Shown piece after piece: positions 49,105-61,437 of a stretch of 64,000 nucleotides of DNA (the first letter of the stretch is position 1; every line of letters starts with the position of its first letter). Both the position numbers and the translations under genes were made by a program. The notes under the pieces are model-generated. The model ran no database searches. It was not told the origin of the DNA and saw only the letters and a list, made by a program, of their open reading frames with translations. Source of the stretch: Podarcis gaigeae (taxonomy: Eukaryota); assembly GCA_964106915.2 (NCBI GenBank), contig OZ066924.1, one strand, 5' to 3'.

Positions 49105-49370
49105 GGAGCCAGCCTGGTGTAGTGGTTAAGAACGGTGGACTGGTAATCAGGTGAACCCAGTTGACTTCCCCATTCCTCCACATGCAGCTGCTGGGTGACC
49201 TTGGGCTAGTCACACTTCTCTGAAGTGTCTCAGCCTCACTCACCTCACAGAGTGTTTGTTGTGGGAGCAGAAGGGAAAGGAGAATGTTAGCCGCTTTGAG
49301 ACTCCTTGGGGTAGTGATAAAGCAGGATATCAAGTCCAAACTCCTCCTCCTCCTCCTCCTCCTCCTCCTT
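49105..49370 (+). mobile_element. Squam3-type SINE with (CCT)n tail
   Basis: Head gggagccagcctggtgtagtggttaagaac. Homologous to the copies at 4901, 12627 and 53587. Confidence 0.88.
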
Positions 49371-51014
49371 GTGTAGTGTTCACATCAAGCAAGCATACTC
49401 ACATCAAGCATACAACCAGGCCCCTCAAAGGCACCCTGCGGATTTCCTTCATATTTTTTCTTGTCACCATTCTTGAGACTCCGCTTTTATAGGAGTAAAT
49501 CAGAGCAAGATGCACTGCTTTCAGATTAGCATCCAGCTTCACAGGCATGATAATAGTGAGGCTCTTCAACTGCAATGGAGTTCTGAGTTGGAAACTCAAC
49601 CATTTATTTCACTCTTGACTTTTGGGTTGTGACACTAATTTGTTACAAGTTCATCCTTTTATTTCTGCCACAATAGCAGAGCTGCACTCCATTCTCTTCA
49701 GACATTTCTCTCAATCTTCAAAGTTTTCTGTCTACTCCTGCAGCTTTTCAACTTAACCTCTAAGGATCAGTGTTGTTTTCAGTAGGTACAGATTCTTCTT
49801 CACGTTAGATGTCAGTCTGTCTATGATCAATGAGTCTGATTAATGGTTCTGCTAACATCAGGAGTATTGGTGAGAGTATCAGCTAGCAAAACCAAAAGCC
49901 CAATTTGCTCCTTTAAGGAAACAAAGAAAGTCATTCTCTTAAGTTCTGAAAGAACATAAAATGCATATGTCAATGACGTTAGAATCGTGTTGAGAAGATT
50001 GGACATGGATTTGGTCCATAAAAGTTCAAATCCTTCGGTTCATAGTATCTGCAGCAGTCATCATGGGGGCATAATGCCAAACTATGGTTGACTATTCTGT
50101 CTGAACTGAGCCTTTGGATTTGAACAGCAAAACATATTTTTACTTCCTCACCATTTCTTATTATATTAGTGGAAAATATATGGAAATTGGCCTCTCCTTT
50201 TTAACATTTTAGCATTTATGATGCTAAAAGCAGGTATTGTACAAAAGATACTGTTTGCATATCTTACAATCTAGGTTAGATGTTTCTGTGAAAGAACCTT
50301 CCCATCACATAAACCTAGCTGAAAATTTGGAATTCTGTAATGTATCTGTTTAGCAGGTCTCGCTAGAATAAGTGCAACAGCCATATAAATTGTAGCAAAT
50401 CTATGTGAAATACATGAAGGAATCTTAAATTACTGTAGAACCCTCTCTCTTTCTTGCCATTGGCTATTTAAATATTTCTTCTCCAGCTCCAAAGGGGAGA
50501 TGAATAAACCGATGATAGCAAGACTGTGCCTGCAGCTGTATGTCTACAGAGACTTACTTGAACTTCTGCAAATGCACAAGGCAAGTACTTAAAATAACAT
50601 TAACCCCTGCCCCAACACATTGGCATGTCAAAATCTGCATGAATCCTTTACTAGAAGATCCCTAGGAAGCAACAATTGATGGCTACATATTATTTCTTTC
50701 CCTCCAAGATTCATTTACCTAGAAGAATTGTGTTTTACCCACTTTTATAATCAGCACGGGATCTAAAGCAGAAAAGATTAAAATACGCAGTGATAAATGC
50801 ACCTTTCTACCCTGCTGATATTATTAACATGTTATTAGCATTGTGTAGGGTAAGCATATTAGATGCAGCAGGCATGTAAGCTCCCACTTACTTCAGAGAG
50901 AGAGATAACCTGCTCTAACACTTGGTATTTCTGATTCCCATGTTGATCTCTTACAGGGTTTTACTTAATTGTTCACAATATTTTTATATTGGGGACAATT
51001 AAGTAAACCCCTTT

Positions 51015-51212
51015 ACTTATTTACGCTTTCCATTTCTAAGTTGGGAATAGAGTAGTTGTTTTGGAAGATGATCATCAGGCATCTGCACAACATGGCCAGT
51101 CCAACAAAGTTGATGTTGAAGAATCATTGCTTTGACATTGGTGATCTTCGCTTCTTCCAGTACACTGACATTAGTTCCCCTGTCTTTCCAAGTGATGTGT
51201 AAAATTTGTTCC
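51015..51212 (-). mobile_element. RTE-clade LINE fragment
   Basis: Translation QILHITWKDR.TNVSVLEEA..QLCWTGHVVQMPDDHLPKQLLYSQL. Confidence 0.85.
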
Positions 51213-51999
51213 CCTCCAGTAAAAACTACTGGAGGGGCACAGAGTTCCATCACTGCTTACACACTTGTGCAGAGCTGCCTCTGCCTCCACTGCCCAACCC
51301 AGTCATTTTCTGGTTGCATCGTGTATGGCCATCTGCACCTTCACACATTCCTGCTAATCTGTCTTGTTATCTGTGCAGTTCAACTTTACCCTCCCCACTT
51401 TCATACACTGCAATTGATGCTATGTTGCAGATCAGCTTGCCTTCCTTAGGCAGTTTATCTTCTGATAGTTGCATGCTCACAAGACCCCTAGCATATGCTC
51501 AATGCAAGCATGTGATCAAAGTGACCTACCTTAAAATAATATCAATTATAAAGCAGAAATTAATGGGTCCATTTCAGAGTGCAAAATTTTTTGGGAGAGT
51601 GAGAAATTCTACCAAATAGCTGACATAACCTTTGTTGAAATTATAGGCTGCATTATGAAAAGTGGCACCAGATTTCCAATGAATCAGCATAAGAAATGTG
51701 AAACCGGGCCATATTAAATGTTGGATGAAATTCAGGATAGGGGAATTACTACATTTTAAAATACTTGGATGGAAATATGAAATTGAAAAGCTTTTCTGAT
51801 TAAGTGTGAAAGATATTTGGTCTATAAAAGTTCTTAATAAACCCGAAATGTAATTTTTGTATTATTAGATTAAAGACAGAATGAAACTCTAACTGACCCA
51901 TTATTTTCTTATATAATTGGAAAGGAATGTGCATGAATGATACTATCTGATATATCAAATATTAATGTGGGAAACAGGAAAACTAAAATCCATTCAGCC

Positions 52000-52000
<1 letters not shown>

Positions 52001-52041
<41 letters not shown>
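52001..52041. repeat. (TAA)n microsatellite
   Basis: About 13 perfect TAA units. Confidence 0.97.
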
Positions 52042-52042
<1 letters not shown>

Positions 52043-53586
52043 GTTTGATGAGTTACATCAGAGAGAAAAAGACACACCTGCTTTTCTGTAAAAATCCAGA
52101 ATGTCTTGCCCACATTGGAAAGAGTGATCTGCTTTTAAAAAAAATAAAATGACCACAGAACGAGATGTTGAGAACATCTGGCTGTGTTATATGTAAATGG
52201 TTCCCATTCCATGTAAAATAAAATAAAAGGAACAGGTGCTAGAGGTGGAGAAGTCTGTCAGTTTTGGTTTCTCTTAGTTTTTCATTCTTCCAATCTTAAA
52301 TTTGGATCTCCGTGTTGCCATATCCTCCCAATGTCCACGTTTTCGCATGCAATGTTCTCTAATATACACATTTTTTGAAAAACAATTTTCTTTAATGTAA
52401 TGCAGTTTTGTATGTTATTTTCAACAATACCTGCATTTTTATGTACACTATACACTAGAATGCCCATTTTTGTGCACTTTACTTAGCTGGGGAATGGTAT
52501 TGCAAAGATCTGAGAAGTGCAAATTGTAATAAGATGGCTGTGTTTCGTTTGTGTTTTGTCTCAGAAAGTGCAAATTAGTTTGTCTTTAAAGGAAAGCAGA
52601 ACCGAATTCGCTCCCTTTTCTTAGACAGTCATCATTTCTATAACACAGACTTAAACTAATTTAATAGATTTTTCATCTCTCTAAAGAATCCTGAAAATTG
52701 CAGTTTGGTGAGATTACTAGAATGTGTAAAAAAAACCCCACAAACCTCCGTACCCCTTGCCAAACTCCAATTCCAATGATTCTTTGGGGAAAACAGTAAA
52801 GTATTACTAGAGGAAACTGAATAGAAAGCCATTTGGAAAAGTGTCTCAACACAAATGTCCCCCTCCCCTTTTTTTGGCATGAAACAAAAAGCAAGTCTGG
52901 ATTTATAGAAAGTAATATTCCTGAAGATATTTGTAGATAACAAATCTATGTGTAAATAACAACCTTGTTCTAAATTCCCAGTACAGACTGCATCTTCCTG
53001 AGAACTTTTGGTACATTCCCAAGGCATTATTTAATATGCTGACTGTCAAAGTTAAGCATGCATTCTTGGAATCCAGTGCATAAATTGTATAAAATGTAAA
53101 TTCCAATAAATCTATGCGCATAACTACAGCTAGAGGCTAGTTTAGATCCTGGTACAATGTGACTGGCTGCAGCAGATGTCTTGGTGCTCTAAGCAGACAC
53201 CTTTATCATTTAAGGGTTGTCATTGTGTAATTTTCCAGCCAAATGTGTTCATACAGTCATGATGTTCACATGGATAATGGAGAACTTCCTATTGCAGGGG
53301 TTGGGAACCTGTAGCCCAACAAATGCTGCTAGACTCCAGCTACGGAACATTGGGAATGCTTCCTGAGCTGATGGTTGTTGGAGTCTGGAGCTTCTCTAAC
53401 TCTGACTATGGATGCAGTCTATAAGTAGTGAAAGAAATAGTCATTGTACCTTTGAACTAGCAAAGCAGCCCAAAAGAGATTAGAGATGGACCAATGCCAT
53501 GGTTCACATTTATTTACCATGGGTTTTTTAAATACCAAAATTAATAAAACCCTACAGACACCATACCACCAGCAGATGATACACTG

Positions 53587-53844
53587 AAGAAGAAGAGGAG
53601 GAGGAAGAAGAGAAGTTTGGATTTGATATCCCGCTTTACACTACTGTAAGGAGTTTCAAAGCGGATAGCAATCTCCTTTCCCTTCCTCCCCCACAACAAA
53701 CACTCTGTGAGGTGAGTGAGGCTGAGAGACTTCAGAGAAGTGTGACTAGCTCAAGGTCACCCAGCAGCTGCATGTGGAGGAGCGGGGACGCAAACCCGGT
53801 TCACCAGATTACGAGTCTACCGCTCTTAACCACTATAGCGCACT
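53587..53844 (-). mobile_element. Squam3-type SINE
   Basis: Homologous to the other three copies. Mixed CTT/CCT tail. Confidence 0.88.
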
Positions 53845-56800
53845 AGTGTACACTAACTACTGGTGTTTGATTACCTGAAGTATGAAATTCTCAACTCTTT
53901 GACTTAATGTATCTTCATCCTAGCATAAATAATTGCAAAACGTAGCACAATGCGCCATTAACCTCATATTTTAATGATGCCACATTTTATGTATCTCCTT
54001 TGCTTCCCCCTTCACTTTGTGCATTTCTTTGATCAATCATACAGGCAAAGAGATTGATTGGCTATGCAAACTGGGGCTGGAGAAGAGAACAGTGATAGAG
54101 GAATGGAAAAATGTATCGACCCGTATCTGTGTGGGTAGACTAACAAAATATTTTAATTACTGTGGGTACATTTTTATTTTCCTTTTCATGGAAGTAACTG
54201 TGGCAAACATCCAAGACCTAGAGGCAATAGATGTTTGCTACTCTGGGACTTATTCTCACAGCCTGATCAATCCCTTCAGTCTCTCTCTGTACTCTTCCTG
54301 GCCCCCTGATTGATCAAATTATATCAGGCAAAGAAGAACAGATTGTTGTATATATGATACGCAAACATATCTGCATGATATGCTCAAAAGGCACATTAGC
54401 CCAAATAAATAATCTCTTGTGTCAAGTGTTGTAATTACCACTGCAGATGGTAATTTATCCTACAATTTACCTCAGGGTGAAATTCACCCCTTTATAGGGG
54501 GCCCGATCAAAGGCAGCAGAGAACATAAGCATCACTTAAGGGCTTAAGAATGAGGGTGAATAAGAATATGGACTATGTAGGGTACAGTCCTAATCACATT
54601 TACTAGGGTATAAGTGGGATTTATTTTCAGATAAACATGCACTGAACTGCATTGCCAAGGCATTTTCCCCCAGAGTTTCACTAAGAGACAGAAATTGGTA
54701 TGTTGCCCTTGAAAAATATTGATTCATGATGAATTTGAGTTGGGTTGTATTCTCACTTTTAGATAATCATATGCAGTAAAATATAAATCCACTATATCAG
54801 CTTGTCTTAGGTATTTTTATTAGTGTACCCTGAAGGCACAAACTATTTGCAGAACACCAAAGAAACATAAAAGAGAGGACCTGCAAGACTGCAGTTAGGG
54901 TGCACTCCATTAACAGTTCCGCATTCTAGGCACACCTACACATACACACAAAGCTCTCATGTGACCTCCATTGACTTCTACTGGAGGCAGCACTGCATGG
55001 CCAAAGTTATCACCAACAAAATTGATGTGGAAGCCTTTGCATATGTGGGAGCTACATGTATACTGGAACACCTTTTTGGGTGAGAAGCCCCTGGGTTAGG
55101 CAGATTGCAAAGTCTTCTACTGCACTATTGAGGTGTGGCCACGCCAGATATGATGGTTTGCATGACAATCATGTGGGCAACCCAGTAGCAATAATATGCA
55201 ATAGCCTTATAGTTTTCAGCGATTCTAGAGAGCATACCAGGAATCTGTTATTCATCTATCCACATGACAACCTTAATGGGAAAAGGGGAAATGGGAGTTA
55301 TATTCTGTACAGTGGACACATCTGTTTTGATAACAAAATTAAGGCCTACACCGTAAACAAGGTGAATAGAATAAGGCAGACCATCTGTGTTGCTTATTGC
55401 TTTCCCCCTCATTATTTCAATATACCACATCATGCTGCTTCAGCTAAGTCCCTCATATTCTGTATTAATCTAAACTGGGAGGTCTTACTTCTCTAGCCAC
55501 ATGGAAATTAGAGAACAGAAAAGGATTTCCGTTTTAGTTGGTTTAGTACTTTTTGAGGTAAAACAGATATGAGGTCTCTTAGCACTACATAACAATCAGA
55601 ACTGAATTTTAAACAATCTCGGGATCTTCGTCTCAGACCCTTGAAATCCAACTTTTCAAATTCTAGCTCTCCCCCTCTGACAGTTCCATTTCTAATCCCT
55701 ATTATATCTCTGTTTATGCAGAAAACATACAAAAAGCTCTGTCACAAAAGTGACACTTTTACAGATTATCAAAGCAAATCTTTCAATTCCATGAGCTGTA
55801 ACAACCCCTGGGTAAATTGCTTTTAACCGTGTGTGAACCAAGTGCAAAAGGCTCCGATTTTTTTTTCTCAGAGAGAGAGCTGAATCCTTTGAAGGCAGAG
55901 GTGGGGCAACTTTTCCAGCCCCAAGGCCACCATCCTTTTTATCCCCACCAAATTTGGCAGATAAATCTGTTTAAACTGAATTAATTCTCCATTCCTAATA
56001 ACAATCTCTGATAATAGCTATGAAAGCAGGGAGGGGAGGTTAATTAGCTGAGCCATCACATTCCTTTAGAGTTAGAGATTCTCTGAGCATATCACTTATG
56101 TTACCTTCTCTGAAACTTCTTCTTCTTCTAAAGAAAGTTATGATCATTTTGCTTTTGAGACAGATCAGACATGGTAAGGAATGTGACGCATGGTGTTCAT
56201 CAAAAACTGCTAAGTAATACAAAAGTTGCTTGTTAGGAAAGATAGTTATTATAAAGAAGTGCATACCAGTTTAGCGAACACTTATCTTCCTTATATCTCT
56301 TGCCTCTCAACTGCTCAGAGGATCAACAACCTGACTGGCTGGTAACCATCTGTTTCCTGTTGGCTAGAACACTTGGGAAATTTGTTAGTTGATTGGTTTC
56401 TCTCCTGCATTCCTATAGACTGTCCCAATTTAGACAGCGTTTACAACCTCTCTAGCACCCTCCTTATGCCTATAATTAGTACTGTCACGCTCCATTTGCC
56501 TCTGCCCACTGACTCCTATACACCATGTTTAATTTGCACTCTGGTGCATAACAGAATGCACACAGCCGCTCTCCTATTGCCGAGTCGAATGTGTGGTTGA
56601 AAGCCTTGTATTTATACTGAGAACAGAAGGGTAAGGCAGAGGAATTTGTCAGAGTAAAAATGAAGAAAATACTATGAAGACTCAGTAGCAGAAAGAGCTA
56701 GTAGGAAAGCTAATTGTCAGGTGGAAGTGGAAAAATAGATGATCATGCACTAAAGAGCAGAGTGCCTTATGAAATATTTAGCGCATCAAATAATAGCATG

Positions 56801-57845
56801 CCTTTGAAAACCTTTAGTGTTTCCAAAGATAGGAACACCTATGCGATATTCAATATTTTGACTTTCTGGAAATGATGTCAAATCTTTCAGGTTTCTCACA
56901 AAACCTGAAGCAAGTCAGGTATCGTTTCAAGTGCATTGAACCCTGATATTCACTAGGGCTGATTCAAGACCCTTAAGAATGAATCAACAATGATTTCGTT
57001 TTAAGATGAGCAACACAATTTGTTGAAAACAGTCAAAGGATTTGCAGACAGCACTTGCTGTAGAAACTAATTCTCAAAAACGTGAGTTCCTATTGGGGAT
57101 GGATGTCTGTCAAATTCTCTCAGATTCTCATTTTTCCAATCTTAATTGCGGTTCTTTGCATTTATCCATCAGTTGACAATGTACATTTTTAAAATCCGCA
57201 TGGAGATTTGCCAGGATTTTGTGCAAATTTCAACACAGTTTTTTTGCATGTAGCTTTGACTGATATATTCATCTTTGCAAACAAATTCCCCAAAGCTAAT
57301 GCAAAAAAGCCAGAACTGCCATTTACTTCACACTATCCCTCTTACCCCATTTAAACTTGATTTTTTTTAAATTTAACCCCCATAATATGCTTATCCTGCT
57401 GGCATGTCCAGGCAAGACTGAGCTAGATGGACCATTTATCCTATCTTACTCACTAGAATGTATATTATTTACCTTAATGTTTATACTTAATATTCCTGTG
57501 ATCTTTACATATTCCATAGATAACCAACTAATAGGCCTCTAGGCCCTATAGAGCCTCACCTACCTTTCCCAACTAACCACCAACTTGGTGGCAGGGAAAA
57601 TATAGTTGTTCCTGCAGCATGTTATGGACTAAGAGAAAATGATATGAAAATGATATATTAATGGTAAATACTGAGTAAATTGGCAAAGATGTATAAATCT
57701 AAATCAAATAAGTGTTAGAAATGTAAAGAGAAAGAAGGTTCTTTTTATCATATGTAGTGGTCTTGTAGTAAGATTAAAGCTTATTGGGATATGATATATA
57801 ATGAAATGAAAAGGATGTTTAAAATAATGTTTGTAAAAACAAACA

Positions 57846-58220
57846 AACCCAGAAACTTTTCTGTTGGGAATTATAGGGACAGAACTACCTAAACTGTATA
57901 GAAACTTATTCATGTATGCTACTACAGCGGCAAGAATGTTACTCGCCCCAAAATGGAAAGAAGCAGAAATCCCAGCAAAGGAAGAATGGATACAAAAACT
58001 TATGGAATATGCAGAAATGGCAAAACTTAGCCGAAAACTAAGAAATCAAGATAATAAACTTTTTATAAAAGAATGGAAATGGTTTATTGAATATTTACAG
58101 ATAAACTGTAAACCAATAAGAACATTGGCAGGATCATTGTAATAACCTTCAGTTTCATAAGAGTATATATTTAAAGTAGATGAATAAATGAGCAAATTAA
58201 GTTAATTTGGATATGCAGAA
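57846..58220 (+). mobile_element. L1 3' fragment (ORF2 C-terminus and start of 3'UTR)
   Basis: KPETFLLG..FMYATTAARMLLA.KWK..EW..LMEYAEMA is homologous to the ORF at 666-1427. Confidence 0.9.
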
Positions 58221-60644
58221 AAAATTGATGCCACTAATAACCCCAATAGCTACTTGGGGACAATGATATTTTCCATATCGGGAGCACTAGCTGGTAAGTT
58301 TCACTCGCCAACCCCACCTGCCTGCTAGCCCTTTTCCCTTTATGCTCGACCAAACCCTCTCCCTTTACACCTCACCCATACACTCGCTTATCCCCACGCT
58401 GCTCATTCAAACTTTCCATCACCTCCCAGCTTATCCAAGCCCCTCTTTTCCCACTCCACCCTCTCTCCTCAAAGTTCACTCTGACCCCTTTTAACGGAGA
58501 GGAGATGCACTTCAGAGAGTCTCTGAAGCTCCTCCCATCCTCCTTTGAACATTGCTCCAGTGATGTTTAATAGATGGGGGGAAGCACTTCGGAAAGTGCT
58601 TTACCAAACCATTTTTTGAAGCACCTCCCACCTTCCTTTATACAACTTGCCTGGGACACCTGCCCCCCTTGCTGCTAGCTTGCTCACCTGCCTGCTGTTT
58701 TGTCATCATGCTGTTGTTCCCAAGACTGCCTATTAGCACCCACACAGACTGCAACATGATGAAAACGTCACTGTTTTATTATATATTAAGATATTCCACA
58801 AATCTTCTTGAAGGAGCTCAGGGTAGCAAACATATAAGTGATAAAACAAAAATTTATTCAATTTTGTTTTTTAAAAAATCTAAAAACAATTAAACCTCTA
58901 AAAAATGCTTCATCTTACGCCTAATAATTTTATGGTTGTCAACAAGAGCATGTTTTTGTCATCAAATGCCTTTGTGCGTGTGAGAGTGAGACAGAATGTG
59001 TGTTGTACGTCTATGGTGGAATCTAGACACACATAAAAAAGATGTGAAAATGCTTTTTTTAAAAGTGTTTTGAAAAATATATGGAATATGCCATAAGCTC
59101 ACCTTCACCATCTAGTGTCACATTTGTATAATGCAGTTAAAACACACTTAAAACATCATATTTGCAGCTGTATAGCTGAGTCCTATATCTTAAAAAGATA
59201 CTGGGGCATTTGACGGGAAAATATGTGGAGGAGGACAATAGTATCTGAGTGTGACTGTGTATGGATTAGTGTGAATGTGAGTGCATTTGTCAAAATATGT
59301 GTGCAAGTGTGAAACTGGGTGTGTATTAATGCCCCTGCTCACTATTACCACCAGTGCTGTCCACATTCACTAGCATGCATCTCCTCAGTACCCAGCCAAT
59401 ACTCTATGTATACCTCGAGGGCAAAAACATTTCCCCATCCCTGACTTACGTACTATGTTCTTAATATCCTATTGATCCTTGATCCAAGGGTGTGTGTGCT
59501 TACAGATAGACACATAGTCTCAACTGTGCTCAGTGATCCTTATTCAGTTCACAGGAAGTGTATGGCAGATACTGTCAGCTGCTGTTACAACAAGAAATCA
59601 TGATTTTATATGTACTATCAGTGCAGAATGGGAGGGAATATTGAGGATTTTACAAAGTTTGCAAGGGACACTTTGGTAAAATTATGATTATTATAGAATA
59701 GAGAGCAAAACTAAAAACCAATCCCACATTTTCCAACTTTTCAATTTCTTTTTCAAACTACTGAAATTATTTCCTTGGCTATAATGCACTCTGAATTTTG
59801 GTTCCACTGACATGCATTCCTCTTAGAGAATTCTAAGTAGTCTGAAAAACCTCGCTTCTTCCTCTCTGCTTCACCTCGACATAAATCATTTCATTTTTAG
59901 ATCCATTATGCAAAAGTCAAAAAAGTGTCTCCATTTTTAATAAGTTAGATGAACTGCAATTCAGTTTTATGAAAAGTAATGGAGTGAGAGGCTCTTCAGC
60001 CTTGTTAATTGGGTTAAGTCAATTCAGCCTTCCATCCAAGCCAAGATATTCATTAGGAGAAATGCCACCCAACGTTACAGAGCAGCGAAGTCAAAGAGGA
60101 TAACTTTCACATTGGTGCTGAATAATAACATCTAATCTACATTAAAATCATCATTTAAAATTAGAAATAAGATGTGTGTAAGAGCCAATAAGTGCAGCAC
60201 TCGGTGCATCTGAATTAATGTCCTATCTCAAGGTCCATAGACAAACATAACTGAGCATCATGATGAATCAAGCTGTTTCACTCAGGGTTTAGGAACTCCA
60301 AGTGGGAACGCATTTCATAGGCCCATTGCATTGTTGCAGGTATAGACTGCGGTCTACTATTGGTCAGCAGTAACTGGTTGTTAGGATTTTTATGAAAAAC
60401 TGTTGACCCCAGTCTCATCCAGCAAGGCATTTCACGTGTTTTACGCAAGAGTGCATCCAGATTACTTAACACAGATTAATTATGGTTTAACTATTAAGCA
60501 ATAGTTAGCACGTGGCCCTGTTTTGTAGATGCAAAACACATTGCTCAGCCATGGGGGTTCTAACAAAATCAACACAGATCACACAAGAAGACTGAAACCA
60601 TTCACCAGTTATTTTTTGTGGGCTAGATTGAGGTTGCTTTAAAG

Positions 60645-60780
60645 CAGTGCTGTCCAAACCTGGGTGTCCAGCTGCTTTTGAACTACAACTACCATCATCC
60701 CTAGCTGGCAAGACCAGTGGTCAGGGATGATAGGAACTGTAGTCCGAAAACAGCTGGACACCCAAGTTTGAGAAACACTG
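60645..60780. mobile_element. URR1-like hAT MITE
   Basis: 136-bp palindrome with termini cagtgctgtccaaac / gtttgagaaacactg. Imperfect TSD ctttaaag/ttttcaag. Confidence 0.88.
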
Positions 60781-61068
60781 TTTTCAAGGCTGCTCCATGA
60801 GGAAAGCCAGCCATGTTGGAGAGGCAAAATCTGAGTTGGGCAGTTTCCTAGCTCACATTCATAGTGGTGTGGCATCTCTGTGCTGCAGAGTTGGTCTGCC
60901 AACAGGCCTGGTGCATAAAGCCTCTCTCCCCACAGAGCACATCCTTGGGGATCCTGCCATAATCCATTCTGTGTACTTGACCAAGCCAGTGTGGACGTCT
61001 CCGAGTCAGGGGTGTGAACATGCTGGGAATCTGGGCTTGGGAGCGCACACCTTGGTTTGAGACTGTCC

Positions 61069-61437
61069 TGTCAGTGTTTGAAAAAGAAAAGGTTCTGACC
61101 TCCTTTGCCTCCTTTGCCTGGTCCTCGGACCCTAGTCGGCACAAAAAGTCCTTGAGAAAGAGTACTTTGCAGAATGCTGCTTTTATTCTAAAAATCATCT
61201 TCTCCAACCACGACCGACAGCTTTACACATACTAACGCAACCAGCTCGCAACCATCTTTCAACCAACCCACCACACGAACAATCAATGACCACTAGACAC
61301 ACAGACACACACACATTTGGGTGAAAGGTTGCATGAGTCATTCATGCAGGCTTTGCCAATTCATTGTAAGCTGCTGACTCATGCTGACTCAGTCCCTTTT
61401 GTATTAAAGAAACAGTGGCTAATTTTAAGCCGTGACA
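61069..61437. mobile_element. Solo LTR (369 bp)
   Basis: TGTCA...TGACA termini. Perfect 5-bp TSD TGTCC (61064-61068, 61438-61442). Splits the RTE reading frame. Confidence 0.87.

Noticed and set aside
55056-55496. 146-aa ORF, the longest one not explained by a transposon
   Set aside because: No recognisable homology or coding-like composition. The length is attainable by chance in 64 kb.
57630-57845. L1 3'UTR-like AT-rich tract upstream of the L1 ORF2 fragment, suggesting a rearranged insertion
   Set aside because: The similarity is compositional only and no TSD could be found to define the structure.
59104-59122. CTCF-like motif (caccatctagtgtca)
   Set aside because: Only a partial match, lying inside a probable degraded MITE. 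Not supportable from sequence alone.
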